A stretch of 52,643 nt of DNA from a virus (Duplodnaviria; Caudoviricetes): IMG/VR virus record IMGVR_UViG_3300025137_000058, positions 1-52,643 of that record; one strand, written 5' to 3'. Of the stretch, positions 19,826-30,544 are shown one piece after another; within the stretch, counting starts at the first letter, position 1; each line of letters begins with the position of its first letter. Position numbers and translations under genes: made by a program. The notes below the pieces were generated by a model. The model saw nothing but the letters and a program-made list of their open reading frames with translations, ran no database searches and was not told where the DNA came from.

Positions 19826-20319
19826 AGAAATTTAAAAATAAATTATCAAACTTTTTTAAATGGGTTAAAGGTGCTAATATAGTTGAGTTAGATTATATAG
19901 ACGTAAATGAGGATCCTGTTAGACCTGAATTAGATTTGAAATTTAGGTTAGAAAATAATAGAAAGATATATGGTTTAGAATATAAAGACAACATTGAGGG
20001 TATTACTTGTGTTGCTATGTGTAGTGAAGTTCCTAAATCAACAAGAGCATTAGAAAAATTTAGTAGTGATGCAAAAGAAAAACATACTGCAATTGCTTAC
20101 ACAGTCTGGTCTAGAAAAAGAGGAGCAGGAAAAGTCTTACTTGATAAACTAAAAAAACATTTAGAAAAAAATACTAGTGCTAAAAGATTTTTAACATTAT
20201 CACCATTAACACCTGTTGCAACACATTTTCACATTAAAAATGGTGCTAGATGTTTATCAATAAATTCAAATACACAAAATTTTGAATATGAATTAAATAA
20301 GAGAGGTAAAGATGAGTAA
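19822..20319 (+). CDS. Hypothetical, GNAT-like
   Basis: YTVWS..RGAGK..LTLSP..FHIKNGA. Confidence 0.55.
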   Translation: MKKFKNKLSNFFKWVKGANIVELDYIDVNEDPVRPELDLKFRLENNRKIYGLEYKDNIEGITCVAMCSEVPKSTRALEKFSSDAKEKHTAIAYTVWSRKRGAGKVLLDKLKKHLEKNTSAKRFLTLSPLTPVATHFHIKNGARCLSINSNTQNFEYELNKRGKDE

Positions 20320-20668
20320 TATATCGGGTAAAATATGGGGTCAAACAGAACTTATACATGCTAATGGAGTGTTAGAGTTTCATAGAATTGAATACAAGAA
20401 AGATATATCTTGTTCAAAACATAGACACAAATATAAATGGAATGGGTTCTTTTGTGAATCTGGTAAAATGATTGTAAGAGTTTGGAAAAATGATTATGAT
20501 TTAGTAGATGAAACAATACTAGGACCTGGCGATTTTACACAAGTAAAACCAAATGAGTATCACCAGTTCATAGGTTTAGAAGATGGTGTAGCATTTGAAT
20601 TATATTGGGCAGAGTTTGACCATGGTGATATAGAAAGAGAAACAGTTGGTAGTAAAATAAATGATTAA
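20312..20668 (+). CDS. Cupin-fold protein (sugar isomerase-like)
   Basis: KIWG; CSKHRH; PNEYHQF; FELY. Confidence 0.75.
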   Translation: MSNISGKIWGQTELIHANGVLEFHRIEYKKDISCSKHRHKYKWNGFFCESGKMIVRVWKNDYDLVDETILGPGDFTQVKPNEYHQFIGLEDGVAFELYWAEFDHGDIERETVGSKIND

Positions 20669-21335
20669 TGTTTTTATAGGTTACGATACAAAAGAAAAAG
20701 TATCGTTCAGTGTGTTGTCATATAGCATTATGAAGAATAGCACCCAACCTATATCAATAACACCAATATACTTAGACAATATAAAAGATGATTTTGTTAG
20801 AGAGAGAAACAATTTATCATCTACGGAGTTTTCATTTAGTAGATTTATCACACCTCACCTAATGAACTATCAAGGGTGGGCGGTGTTTATGGATTGTGAT
20901 ATGCTAATGAAAGCAGATATCAATGAACTCTGGAGATTAAGAGATGACAAGTATGCAGTACAAGTCTGTAAACATGATTATACACCAAAGAGTAAAGTAA
21001 AGTTTTTAAATCAAAAACAAACTGTATACCCTAAAAAGAATTGGTCTAGTTTTATGTTGATGAACTGTAAGAAGTGTACAGCACTTACACCTAATTATGT
21101 GAACAGAGCATCAGGATTAGAACTACATCAATTTAAATGGTTAGAAAGTGAAAAATTAATAGGTGAAATACCTTTAGAGTGGAACTGGTTAGCAGGAGAA
21201 TACGAATATAAAGAAGATGTGAAGAATGTGCATTTCACAGAAGGAGGTCCTTGGTTTAATGCTTATGAAGACGTTGATTATTCTAATGACTGGTTTAATA
21301 ATTATAGTCAAACAACACAAACGGATATGGAATGA
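20661..21335 (+). CDS. GT8-like glycosyltransferase
   Basis: FIGYD; STEFSFSRF; FMDCDM; KNWSS; HFTEGGPW. Confidence 0.8.
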   Translation: MINVFIGYDTKEKVSFSVLSYSIMKNSTQPISITPIYLDNIKDDFVRERNNLSSTEFSFSRFITPHLMNYQGWAVFMDCDMLMKADINELWRLRDDKYAVQVCKHDYTPKSKVKFLNQKQTVYPKKNWSSFMLMNCKKCTALTPNYVNRASGLELHQFKWLESEKLIGEIPLEWNWLAGEYEYKEDVKNVHFTEGGPWFNAYEDVDYSNDWFNNYSQTTQTDME

Positions 21336-22318
21336 AATCTTTAGCAGTATATTACAACACAACAGTTAAGTATGGTTTTAAAATGGAGTTGATGAGTGCA
21401 TTTGCAAAACCCATTGAAGAAAGTGGAATTAGAGTCAGACACTTCAGAGGTCCTGAAGGATTTGAGGTAGCAGATGACTTTTCACATGCAATTATTTTTA
21501 ACTATCAAAGAGTAAAAGAAAATCAAGCAGAATTGAAAGCACGATTGCAGTTAAGAGTAAACGTATGGAACAAATATAAAGAAAGTGGTAAAATCTGGAT
21601 GTTCGATAATGATGTACTAAATGGGGTAGACGCACATTTAAATCATAACTATCATTATGATGTAAAAAATTCTTATGTAAGAGTTGCTTATGGTAACATA
21701 TATCCAGGTAAAGCAAAATACTTTAATGATAATTGTCCAAGAGATAGATGGGATTTGATGGCGAAGATTAAAAGAATTAAAGTACAAGAGTATGATTTAA
21801 GAAAAGGTGAATTCATTTACATTTGTTGTAATAGAGGTTCAAGTGGATACTCAGGTCTTGGTGTTAACGCATCAATGTGGGCGATAGAAACAGCAGATGA
21901 GTTAAGAAAACATACAGATAGACCTATAATAATAAGACAACATTCATCAAGGTCATATGAAGAACATAAAACGGATTTTAAAAGATTAACAGAATATTGT
22001 GAAACAGCAGATAAAGTTTCTTTAGAATCACCTTTAGGTGAATATCCAGGATTAGTGGGTCAAATAAAAAGAGCATATGCAGTTGTAATATTTACATCTA
22101 CTGCTGGTGGTCCTGCTATTGTGGAAGGAAAACCATTGTTCATTTGTAATGAGCATTGTTATTATCTACCTATGAACGCAGGTGAGTTATCTGATATAGA
22201 AAAACCTAACATAAGTATGGATAGACAACAATTTTTAAATAATTTGGGTTACTCACATTGGAGATTACCAGATTTAAAATCAGGAGAATATTGGGAGAGA
22301 ATAAAAGATGTCATATAG
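21332..22318 (+). CDS. Capsule-biosynthesis-like glycosyltransferase
   Basis: LRKHTDRPIIIRQH; VVIFTSTAG..AIVEGKP; LGYSHW. Confidence 0.6.
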   Translation: MKSLAVYYNTTVKYGFKMELMSAFAKPIEESGIRVRHFRGPEGFEVADDFSHAIIFNYQRVKENQAELKARLQLRVNVWNKYKESGKIWMFDNDVLNGVDAHLNHNYHYDVKNSYVRVAYGNIYPGKAKYFNDNCPRDRWDLMAKIKRIKVQEYDLRKGEFIYICCNRGSSGYSGLGVNASMWAIETADELRKHTDRPIIIRQHSSRSYEEHKTDFKRLTEYCETADKVSLESPLGEYPGLVGQIKRAYAVVIFTSTAGGPAIVEGKPLFICNEHCYYLPMNAGELSDIEKPNISMDRQQFLNNLGYSHWRLPDLKSGEYWERIKDVI

Positions 22319-23228
22319 ATGTGTAGACTGGTCATTAGAAAAAGCAAACGAAAGAGTAAAAAATGGTAAAAATGAGAGAGACCCTTATATTGAAAGTTTT
22401 TCTACAGGAAGTGGTGGTAAATACTTAAATGAAGATACTTTCACAACTAAGGATAAAACACCTTGTGTATTTAGAGGGTTAGGTAAAACTCATTTAATAT
22501 ATGCTTGTATAGAAAATAATATTGATTACTTATATATTGACACAGGTTATATGGGTAATAATTTAACAAAACATTATCATAGAATAGCATTTAATAATTT
22601 ACAAACACTAAATCATCTATCACCTAAAGAAGTAAAAGATAGAATGTATGCAGAGTTTGGTGACATCATAGCACCTAAAGTTTTGAATACTAAAAGACCT
22701 TTAGTAAGGTGGAATTTGCAAGTTAGAGAAGAACATAAGAATAAAAAAATATTAGTTGTGCCACCTAGTCAAAAAGTTTTTAATCATTTTGGCGGTGATG
22801 CTAAAAAGTATACTAAAAATTTAATAGAGAAGATTAAAACAATATCAAACAGACAAATTATTATAAGAGAAAAAATGTCAAGGTCACAAAGAGTTGATTA
22901 CTCTTTACAAGACCAACTAAGAAAAGGTAAATATCATTGCATAGTTACATTCAATAGTATAGCATCTGTTGAAGCAGTAAGTATGGGTGTTCCAGCAGTA
23001 ACTTTAGGTCCAAATGCTGGTGGATTTATAAGTGAGTTAAATTTTAAGAACATAGATAAACCATATTTTCCTAACACACAAGATATATTTGACCACTTAG
23101 AGTATTTAAAATGGTGTCAATTTACAGGTCCTGAAATGCTAAGACCAGATACTTCTAGAGTTATAAAATGTTTGCAAGGTGATGAAAGACCACAACTGTT
23201 CAAAATAAATGAGGATTTTAATGTTTAG
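22308..23228 (+). CDS. Capsule-biosynthesis-like glycosyltransferase
   Basis: YIDTGY; ILVVPPS; VTFNSIASVEA..GVP; CQFT. Confidence 0.6.
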   Translation: MSYRCVDWSLEKANERVKNGKNERDPYIESFSTGSGGKYLNEDTFTTKDKTPCVFRGLGKTHLIYACIENNIDYLYIDTGYMGNNLTKHYHRIAFNNLQTLNHLSPKEVKDRMYAEFGDIIAPKVLNTKRPLVRWNLQVREEHKNKKILVVPPSQKVFNHFGGDAKKYTKNLIEKIKTISNRQIIIREKMSRSQRVDYSLQDQLRKGKYHCIVTFNSIASVEAVSMGVPAVTLGPNAGGFISELNFKNIDKPYFPNTQDIFDHLEYLKWCQFTGPEMLRPDTSRVIKCLQGDERPQLFKINEDFNV

Positions 23229-24447
23229 ATTTCTAAATCATTCTAGTTTTATAGTAGGTAATATTTTAGTGGATCCATGGTTTAACGAAAGTGTTTTTTT
23301 AAATAGTTGGAACTTACTAAAAGAATTTGATTATGATATTAATAAATTAAGATACGAATACATTTACCTATCACACGAACACCCAGACCATTTTCACATA
23401 CCAACTTTAAAAAAGATTGCTAATCCTGAAAGTAAGACAGTTATATTTCACAAAACCACAGACGGTAAAGTTGTAGACTTTGTAAAAAATATGGGTTTTA
23501 AAATTATAGAATGTGAAAATGACATGTTTTATGACTTGAACTTTGGTAAAATAAAAGTACAATCAAATGGGTTTGACAGTTTCTTCATCTATAAAACAAG
23601 CACAGGTCAAACTATTATTAATATGAATGATTATCAAGTAAAAGATGCTGATGAACTTGAAAAATTAAATGAACCAGATGTGGACTATTTATTCTCACAA
23701 TTTACATATGCTAATTGGGCAGGTAATAAAGATGATGATATGCTACCCAAAAAAGCACAGAGAATTATAAATGATAGGTTGAGTATACAGTTTAAAGTAT
23801 TTAAACCAAAAACATGGATACCTTCAGCATCATACATCTACTTTTCACATGAAGAAAATTTTTATATGAATAAACATACTCCTAGTTTTAGTAGTATCAA
23901 AGCATTTGCAGAATCAAAAAATATTAATTGTGTTTTTCCTACACCTGATATGATACACAATAATAGAATGGGTGATAATGCAATACAATATTGGACAACA
24001 ATGAAAGGATTAATAAATCCTATACATAAAAATAATGTGCAACCTTTAGAAGAAGTAAAAAAATCATTCTTAGTAATGTGTGAGGAAATACATAATAAAA
24101 ATAATATGTCTTTGTTTAACGAAGAAGAAACTTACATTAGTGTACCAGACTGGAGCAATGTCATAAAATATGATATTAAAAATACAACATTTGAAATAGT
24201 ATCACAACTAGAAAACGATATAACTATGTCGAGTGAGTGCTTACATTTTTTAATTAAAAATAAATGGGGTAGAGGTACTGTATTAATAAGTGGTAGGTGT
24301 CAGATAAATTACGAAAAAGCAAATAACTTTTTTAATCAGACAAACTTATGGTATTATAATAACATTGGTAAACATTTAGGTACAAACCTAACAATGAGTG
24401 AAATTATTAATCAAGATAACTTTTATGAGGAATTAATTAATGTCTGA
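23221..24447 (+). CDS. Metallo-beta-lactamase-fold protein (CMAH/UlaG-like)
   Basis: NHSS; VDPW; SHEHPDH; DS; NMND; PSASY. Confidence 0.75.
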   Translation: MFRFLNHSSFIVGNILVDPWFNESVFLNSWNLLKEFDYDINKLRYEYIYLSHEHPDHFHIPTLKKIANPESKTVIFHKTTDGKVVDFVKNMGFKIIECENDMFYDLNFGKIKVQSNGFDSFFIYKTSTGQTIINMNDYQVKDADELEKLNEPDVDYLFSQFTYANWAGNKDDDMLPKKAQRIINDRLSIQFKVFKPKTWIPSASYIYFSHEENFYMNKHTPSFSSIKAFAESKNINCVFPTPDMIHNNRMGDNAIQYWTTMKGLINPIHKNNVQPLEEVKKSFLVMCEEIHNKNNMSLFNEEETYISVPDWSNVIKYDIKNTTFEIVSQLENDITMSSECLHFLIKNKWGRGTVLISGRCQINYEKANNFFNQTNLWYYNNIGKHLGTNLTMSEIINQDNFYEELINV

Positions 24448-24748
24448 CTTAAAACAATCAGTAGTTGAAGCATTGAGATGTGTGTACGACCCTGAGATGC
24501 CATCAGTAAACATATTAGACTTAGGTTTGATATATGAAATTGAGTGCAAACAAGATGGTGAAGTTTATATAGAACACACACTGACCAGCATGAACTGTCC
24601 GTTTGCAGATGAGATATGCAAAAGCATAGAAGATGCAGTCAAAGGTGTAGTAGGAGTATCCAAGGTCAATCGTAAGTTAGTGTTCACACCACCATTTGAT
24701 ATTAACATGATACCTGAAGAAACAAAAATTATATTAGGATTGATGTAA
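24440..24748 (+). CDS. DUF59/SufT-like Fe-S cluster assembly protein
   Basis: VYDPE..NILDLGLIY; TLTSMNCP; LVFTPPF. Confidence 0.88.
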   Translation: MSDLKQSVVEALRCVYDPEMPSVNILDLGLIYEIECKQDGEVYIEHTLTSMNCPFADEICKSIEDAVKGVVGVSKVNRKLVFTPPFDINMIPEETKIILGLM

Positions 24749-24751
24749 AAT

Positions 24752-25606
24752 ATGTCAATAGATAGATATTTTTTTAGAACAGTGTGCAGAACTTTAAAAG
24801 ACTTGCAAAGTTCCAAAAGACTTACTGTTGCAACTTTAGGTTATCCTGATTTACTTGTTACAGAAACCATGTTTAAAAATCAAGGTATAGATACAAACAA
24901 ATTAGAAGTAAGAAAGAAGTTTGCAGATACAAGTATGCATAAAAAGTTACGAGCAAAACTGGAAGCAGATGGTACAGAACATCTGTACACAGCAGAGAGT
25001 TTCTTTGATTACTTTAATATGAACATAGATGTCTTTGATGTATATTCACATTTAGGTATCGAAAGAATATTAGATTTAAATGAATCTCTACCCTTTGCTT
25101 ATGTAGATAAGTATGATTTGATTTTAGATGTGGGTACATTAGAGCATTGTTTTAATGTAGGTCAAGCATTTAAAAATATTATGCAGATGACTAAATTAAA
25201 TGGGTCTATTTTCATGGCAGGTCCAGCATCAAAGATAAATCATGGGTTCTGGAACTTTAACCCTACTGCATACACAGATATATTTCACCAAAATGGTTGG
25301 GTCATAAAAGATTTAATAGGTGTTAAAGGTACAACTAGAGATATAGGTGAACTTGTAGAACATAATCTAGATTATTTTATACCTGACCCAGAGAATAGAA
25401 AGATGTACCCTAACAAACCTGAAGAAGTTATAATTATGTGTATTGCTAAAAAAGTAAAACAACAAGAGTTTCAATATCCTCTACAAATGAAGTATGCAGG
25501 TGATAGAGAAGATAAGACATTATATAAAGAACTACAAAATATGTATTCTAACACAAAAAAGACAACAGTGTTAGATGGTGAAAAGACACTTGATTATTCT
25601 TCATAA
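24752..25606 (+). CDS. SAM-dependent methyltransferase-like protein
   Basis: DLN; DVGTLEHCFN; NHGFWNFNP. Confidence 0.65.
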   Translation: MSIDRYFFRTVCRTLKDLQSSKRLTVATLGYPDLLVTETMFKNQGIDTNKLEVRKKFADTSMHKKLRAKLEADGTEHLYTAESFFDYFNMNIDVFDVYSHLGIERILDLNESLPFAYVDKYDLILDVGTLEHCFNVGQAFKNIMQMTKLNGSIFMAGPASKINHGFWNFNPTAYTDIFHQNGWVIKDLIGVKGTTRDIGELVEHNLDYFIPDPENRKMYPNKPEEVIIMCIAKKVKQQEFQYPLQMKYAGDREDKTLYKELQNMYSNTKKTTVLDGEKTLDYSS

Positions 25607-25635
25607 ATAGTATAAACTAAATCAACGAGGTAAAA

Positions 25636-26055
25636 ATGATACGAGATGTTAAGACGGGTGAGAACTGTAATATAGTAGAACCTGTAAATCTATATGATTG
25701 TACAATAGGCGACCATTGTATGGTAGGTCCATTTGTAGAGATACAAGGTAATGTTACTATTGGTAATAAAGTAAGAATTCAATCGCATAGTTTCATATGC
25801 GAGAACACACAGATATTAGATAGTACCTTTATAGGTCACGGTGTTATGTTTACAAATGATAAGTTTACAGACGGTAAATTAACTAAAGATTTTCTACCAA
25901 CAAAGGTAGGTTATAGATGTAGAATAGGTTCAAATGTAACTATATTACCCGTTTCTATTTGTGATGATGTTGTGATTGGTGCAGGTTCAGTTGTTACAAA
26001 AGATATCACTAGAAGAGGAGTTTATGCAGGTAATCCAGCAGTGAGAATTAAGTAA
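25636..26055 (+). CDS. Hexapeptide-repeat N-acetyltransferase (WbpD-like)
   Basis: LbH repeats; GHGVMFTND; GAGSVVTKD; GNPA. Confidence 0.88.
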   Translation: MIRDVKTGENCNIVEPVNLYDCTIGDHCMVGPFVEIQGNVTIGNKVRIQSHSFICENTQILDSTFIGHGVMFTNDKFTDGKLTKDFLPTKVGYRCRIGSNVTILPVSICDDVVIGAGSVVTKDITRRGVYAGNPAVRIK

Positions 26056-27005
26056 TGATTGCACTTGTTGGTTATGGTTATTGGGGAAAGAATTTAGCAA
26101 GAGTATTTAAAGATAAATTAAAATACATAATTGATAAAGACGACCATAATTTAAATAAAGCAAAGTATAGTTATGGTAATAATGTTAACTATGATAGAAG
26201 TTTAACGAATGTTTTAAAAACTGATAAAAGTATTAAAGCAATACTAATAGCAACAAAACCCGAATCACATTTAGACATTGCAAAGTTGTGTTTAAGATAT
26301 GGTAAACATATATGGATTGAAAAACCTGTTTGTACAACATACAAACAAGCATTAGAACTACTAAAATACCATGAGAAGACAAATAATAGATTAAGAGTGA
26401 TGGTTGACCATACATTTTTATTTCATCCTGCTATTAATAAATTAGTATCAATTAATATAGGTGAACCTTTATATTACGATAGTCATAGAATTAGTTTAGG
26501 ATTATTTCAAAAAGATGTTGATGTTGTAAAAGATTTAGCAATACATGACTTAGCAATAATTAAACATTTGTATCCCATGATGCAATTAAAGAAAAAAACT
26601 ATAGTTAAACATAATCATGTGAATAATATTCATAATCAAGCAATATTATGTTTAGAATTTGAACAAGGTGGGTTGACAAAACGAAAGTTTACTGCTACCA
26701 TTAATTGCAATTGGGTAAGTCCTGTAAAGAAACGAGAAATAATCTTGACAGGAACAAAAAAATCTGTTATATATGATGACATAGACGTGAATAAAATTAA
26801 AATTTATAATACAGGAAAGATTGGCGAAGATTATAATATAAATCAATTAGGTGATATGAAAAGTCCTAAACTAGATACGACTGAAGCATTAGTCAATGGT
26901 AGAGCAAACTTTTTAGGTGCAATAGATAATGAGTGCAAACCTATGATGTCAGACTTAAAATTTTCTGTAGATTTGATGAGATGGATAGATGATACCATAT
27001 TATGA
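26055..27005 (+). CDS. Gfo/Idh/MocA oxidoreductase (WbpB-like)
   Basis: GYGYWG; IEKP; DLAIHD. Confidence 0.88.
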   Translation: MIALVGYGYWGKNLARVFKDKLKYIIDKDDHNLNKAKYSYGNNVNYDRSLTNVLKTDKSIKAILIATKPESHLDIAKLCLRYGKHIWIEKPVCTTYKQALELLKYHEKTNNRLRVMVDHTFLFHPAINKLVSINIGEPLYYDSHRISLGLFQKDVDVVKDLAIHDLAIIKHLYPMMQLKKKTIVKHNHVNNIHNQAILCLEFEQGGLTKRKFTATINCNWVSPVKKREIILTGTKKSVIYDDIDVNKIKIYNTGKIGEDYNINQLGDMKSPKLDTTEALVNGRANFLGAIDNECKPMMSDLKFSVDLMRWIDDTIL

Positions 27006-28083
27006 CATGAATGAAATTCATAAACCTCTGAAAGACGAGTTTATGAGTCAAGTAAAAGAATTACTGGATACAAACAATTTTGTATTTGGAACAGATAAGT
27101 TCGAAGAAGAATTTGCAGAGTATACTGGTGCAAAATATTGTGTGGGTGTAAATAGTGGTACATCAGCATTAATACTTGCCCAATTTGCATGTGGTGTTCG
27201 ACCTGGTGACTTAGTAAAAACAGTATCTCATACATTTACAGCAACAGTCACAAGTATAAAACATTTAGGTGCTTCACACGAATTTGTAGATATAGATGAA
27301 AAAACTTATTGCATGGATCCAGAAAAATTAACACAAGATTTTAGAACAAAAATTATACTACCTGTGCATATGTATGGTAATGCTTGTGATATGCCTGGAA
27401 TAATCTCTAAGAAATCAACATCTACAATTATAGAAGATTGCTCACAAGCACACGGAACTAGAATAAATGGTAAACACGTTGGTACTTTTGGTAAAGCAGG
27501 TACTTTTAGTTTTTATCCAGGAAAAGGTATAGGTGCATTTGGTGATGCTGGTTGCATTATAACAGATGATGAGGGTTTAGCAATCGAATTAAAAGAACAA
27601 CGTAGTTGGAAAGAAAATGATGTAGGTTTTAATTTTAGAATGGCAAACATTAATGCTAAGTTTATAAGTTTAAAACTAAAACACTATCCTGAAGTTTTAA
27701 AAGCAAAGAAAGAAATAGCACAATATTATGATAAACATTTATCAGATTGTCATGTTAATGATGGTGTAGAGCATAGTTATCATATCTATCCTTTATTACA
27801 TAAAGATAGAGAGAACTTGATTAGGAGATGTAATACTGAATTACAATTAAAAAAACATTACGACAAACCTGTGCATCATAATCCAGCATTTCATTTCACA
27901 TCAGATACATGCACATATTGTAGTGCTAAAGAAATGAAAGATTTTAATTTACCTGTAACAGATAAAGTATCTGCATCACAGGTGAGTGTACCTATTTATC
28001 CAGGTCTAAATAAAGAAGAAGTGATTGATATTTTACAAAAACATTGGAGTAATGGTAATGGTTCATCTAATTCCGTTTTATAA
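26989..28083 (+). CDS. DegT/DnrJ/EryC1/StrS aminotransferase (WbpE-like)
   Basis: NSGTSAL; PVHMYG; EDCSQAHG; SFYPGK..GDAG. Confidence 0.9.
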   Translation: MIPYYDMNEIHKPLKDEFMSQVKELLDTNNFVFGTDKFEEEFAEYTGAKYCVGVNSGTSALILAQFACGVRPGDLVKTVSHTFTATVTSIKHLGASHEFVDIDEKTYCMDPEKLTQDFRTKIILPVHMYGNACDMPGIISKKSTSTIIEDCSQAHGTRINGKHVGTFGKAGTFSFYPGKGIGAFGDAGCIITDDEGLAIELKEQRSWKENDVGFNFRMANINAKFISLKLKHYPEVLKAKKEIAQYYDKHLSDCHVNDGVEHSYHIYPLLHKDRENLIRRCNTELQLKKHYDKPVHHNPAFHFTSDTCTYCSAKEMKDFNLPVTDKVSASQVSVPIYPGLNKEEVIDILQKHWSNGNGSSNSVL

Positions 28084-28891
28084 AGACGCAAATTTTAAAA
28101 TAAAAGAAGCACCAGAAATCATTGACTTTGTCAAGAAAAAGAGATATGATTATCACAAATACTTAGAGTGTTTAACTGAAACATTTTACAGATATAATCC
28201 TGAAGGTAAATTATTATTGTCAACAGATATGACTACCAATCCAGTTAATTATCAAGGTGAATGCTACAGACAAGATACAAGTGATAAAACAATCATACAG
28301 TCTAAAGTATACAATGAAACAAGATTAATTTGTGACGATAATGGTATAGATGAAAACATTATTATGTGTGGTACAGACCACTTAATTAACAGAAAGTTAG
28401 ATAAAATATTTTTAAACCAAGACTTTGATATAAAAATACCTATAAGAAAAACTGCTAGAGTAAACAATGCTATGATAGTTGTTAAAAAGGTAACTGATAA
28501 TGTTAAGAGATTTTTTGAGTACCGATATGAGAGGTTTATATCTGATGAAGATAGCGATCCACATTGGAATTGGTATGGAGACCAAAGAACTTACGATAAA
28601 ATATTAAGAGAAGAATTAAATTTATTACCTGTGCGAGAACCACCTCAAAAGTTTCCTTATCAATTAGGTTCTTATGAGGTCAGAGGTTGTAAAATAAAAC
28701 TCATAGAATACGGCGGAAATGAGTGTGGTAGTTTCGACATATGGCCTAACCATAGAAGAGGATTTGAAGACAATACTTATTTTTACGATTTTAAAGGGAA
28801 GAGGAAAGAATACTTCTTCTCATCATATGAAAAAGAGAGGAGAAATTATGAACGACAAAGAAAAAAAGAAGATATACGAGTGTCACCCTAA
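28058..28891 (+). CDS. Putative glycosyltransferase
   Basis: VNNAM; WYGDQ; FKGKRK. Start chosen by SD spacing. Confidence 0.55.
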   Translation: MVHLIPFYKDANFKIKEAPEIIDFVKKKRYDYHKYLECLTETFYRYNPEGKLLLSTDMTTNPVNYQGECYRQDTSDKTIIQSKVYNETRLICDDNGIDENIIMCGTDHLINRKLDKIFLNQDFDIKIPIRKTARVNNAMIVVKKVTDNVKRFFEYRYERFISDEDSDPHWNWYGDQRTYDKILREELNLLPVREPPQKFPYQLGSYEVRGCKIKLIEYGGNECGSFDIWPNHRRGFEDNTYFYDFKGKRKEYFFSSYEKERRNYERQRKKEDIRVSP

Positions 28892-29141
28892 TACTGGTCA
28901 AATAAGATGGAGATATGTGGGTGAAAACCCAGATGATTATGGTTACCCTAATTATGGTAATATGTTGAATAAGAAAGAAACTTGGGGTAAGATGCCACCT
29001 CCACCATTAAATGAACCAGCAAGAACACCTGATGCTCCTTGGATAGACGAAAGAGTGAATGAAAATAAGAGTCATAAACTATTGAAAGAGGATAAAAATG
29101 ATGAACAAGAAGATAGGCAATTATCTTTTCCCTTCAAGTGA
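28848..29141 (+). CDS. Hypothetical
   Basis: In-frame ATG after SD GAGGAG within ORF 28719..29141. Confidence 0.5.
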   Translation: MNDKEKKKIYECHPNTGQIRWRYVGENPDDYGYPNYGNMLNKKETWGKMPPPPLNEPARTPDAPWIDERVNENKSHKLLKEDKNDEQEDRQLSFPFK

Positions 29142-29739
29142 TATACATTTTGAAAGATGGATATTAGAAGGTGAATATCAAGCAAAACAAAGAGATGCTC
29201 TCTTTGAATTCATGGATGACCGAAGAAAAATAGAATATATCATTGACGTAGGTGGACATGTTGGATTATGGTCAAGACCTATGATGCGAAGAGCAGACAC
29301 AAAATACATTTGGGCGTTTGAACCAAACAAAACAGTAAGAGAGTGTTATGTCTTAAATATGGGTGGATTTGAAAATTATTCTATTTACCCATTTGCTTTA
29401 GGTCACAAAAAAACAAAAGGTTACTTAAATGTAGAAAGTGATAACTCTGGTAATACAAATATACACCCTACAAAAACTGGTAATACTGAGATTAGAACTT
29501 TAGATAGTTTTAACATTAAAAATGTTGATTATATAAAAGTAGATGCTGAAGGTTATGAGTATAATATTGTACAAGGTGCAAAAGAAACATTAGAAAGATG
29601 TAAACCTTATGTTCATCTTGAAATGAAAACAAAAAGAATGCGTCATACGTTTAAAGATTATGCTAAATTATTAAAGACAATGAATTACAAAGAAGTTTAT
29701 AGAATAGGTTGTGAGGTACTATATGATTATAACACATAA
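29098..29739 (+). CDS. FkbM-family methyltransferase
   Basis: IDVGGHVG; FEPN; YIKVDAEGYE..VQGA. Confidence 0.88.
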   Translation: MMNKKIGNYLFPSSDIHFERWILEGEYQAKQRDALFEFMDDRRKIEYIIDVGGHVGLWSRPMMRRADTKYIWAFEPNKTVRECYVLNMGGFENYSIYPFALGHKKTKGYLNVESDNSGNTNIHPTKTGNTEIRTLDSFNIKNVDYIKVDAEGYEYNIVQGAKETLERCKPYVHLEMKTKRMRHTFKDYAKLLKTMNYKEVYRIGCEVLYDYNT

Positions 29740-30544
29740 ATTAGCATGGGATAAATGTTTATCACATCAAATATTTCCTCTTATAGAAAAAGGGTGGAAA
29801 GATGAAGATAGACCTATACACTTCTTTTGGGGATTAGCAGGTAAAAATAGAGGTGAAATAGCGAAGTGTGTGGAGAAACAAGAAGAATGGTATTATATTG
29901 ATATAGGTTATATTACAGACGAAATTACTCGATATCCTGCACCAAAGATTACAAAACCTGATACAACTTACTTTAGAATAGTAAAAGGTGGTTTACACAC
30001 TATAAAAGGTAAAGTAGGTGATGGTAAACGACTGAAAAGATTACAAACAGAAGGTTTAGATGCTGAATTTAAAGGTTGGTATACTGGTGATACAAAACAT
30101 GTGCTAATATGTCCTTCATCACCCACAGTAACACAACAACTTAACAATATGACACAAGAAGATTGGGTGTTTGAAGTTAAAATGGAGTTAGAGAAGCATA
30201 CTGATAGAGAACTTATTGTTAGAAATAAACCTAGACCAGGAAATGAATGGTGGGGAACAAATATTAGAGAACAATTAAAGGATTGTCACTGCTTAGTAAC
30301 AAATATGAGTATTGCATCTGTAGACGCAATATTAAACAGAGTACCTGTAGTAACTGATGGTAGAAATGTGGCATGGGCGGTAGCATCTAGAGAACCAAGA
30401 TTTATAGAAAAACCTTTTAAACCAGGTAAAAAAACGGTAAATGAGTGGTTAAAATTTATTACCGAACAACAATTTACTCTGGATGAGATAGAAGATGGTA
30501 TAGCATATAAATTATTAAAAGAACAAGGTGTTGTGAGTGATTAA
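29723..30544 (+). CDS. Capsule-biosynthesis-like glycosyltransferase
   Basis: YYIDIGY; LICPSS; HTDRELIVRNKP; LVTNMS; QQFT. Confidence 0.6.
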   Translation: MIITHKLAWDKCLSHQIFPLIEKGWKDEDRPIHFFWGLAGKNRGEIAKCVEKQEEWYYIDIGYITDEITRYPAPKITKPDTTYFRIVKGGLHTIKGKVGDGKRLKRLQTEGLDAEFKGWYTGDTKHVLICPSSPTVTQQLNNMTQEDWVFEVKMELEKHTDRELIVRNKPRPGNEWWGTNIREQLKDCHCLVTNMSIASVDAILNRVPVVTDGRNVAWAVASREPRFIEKPFKPGKKTVNEWLKFITEQQFTLDEIEDGIAYKLLKEQGVVSD

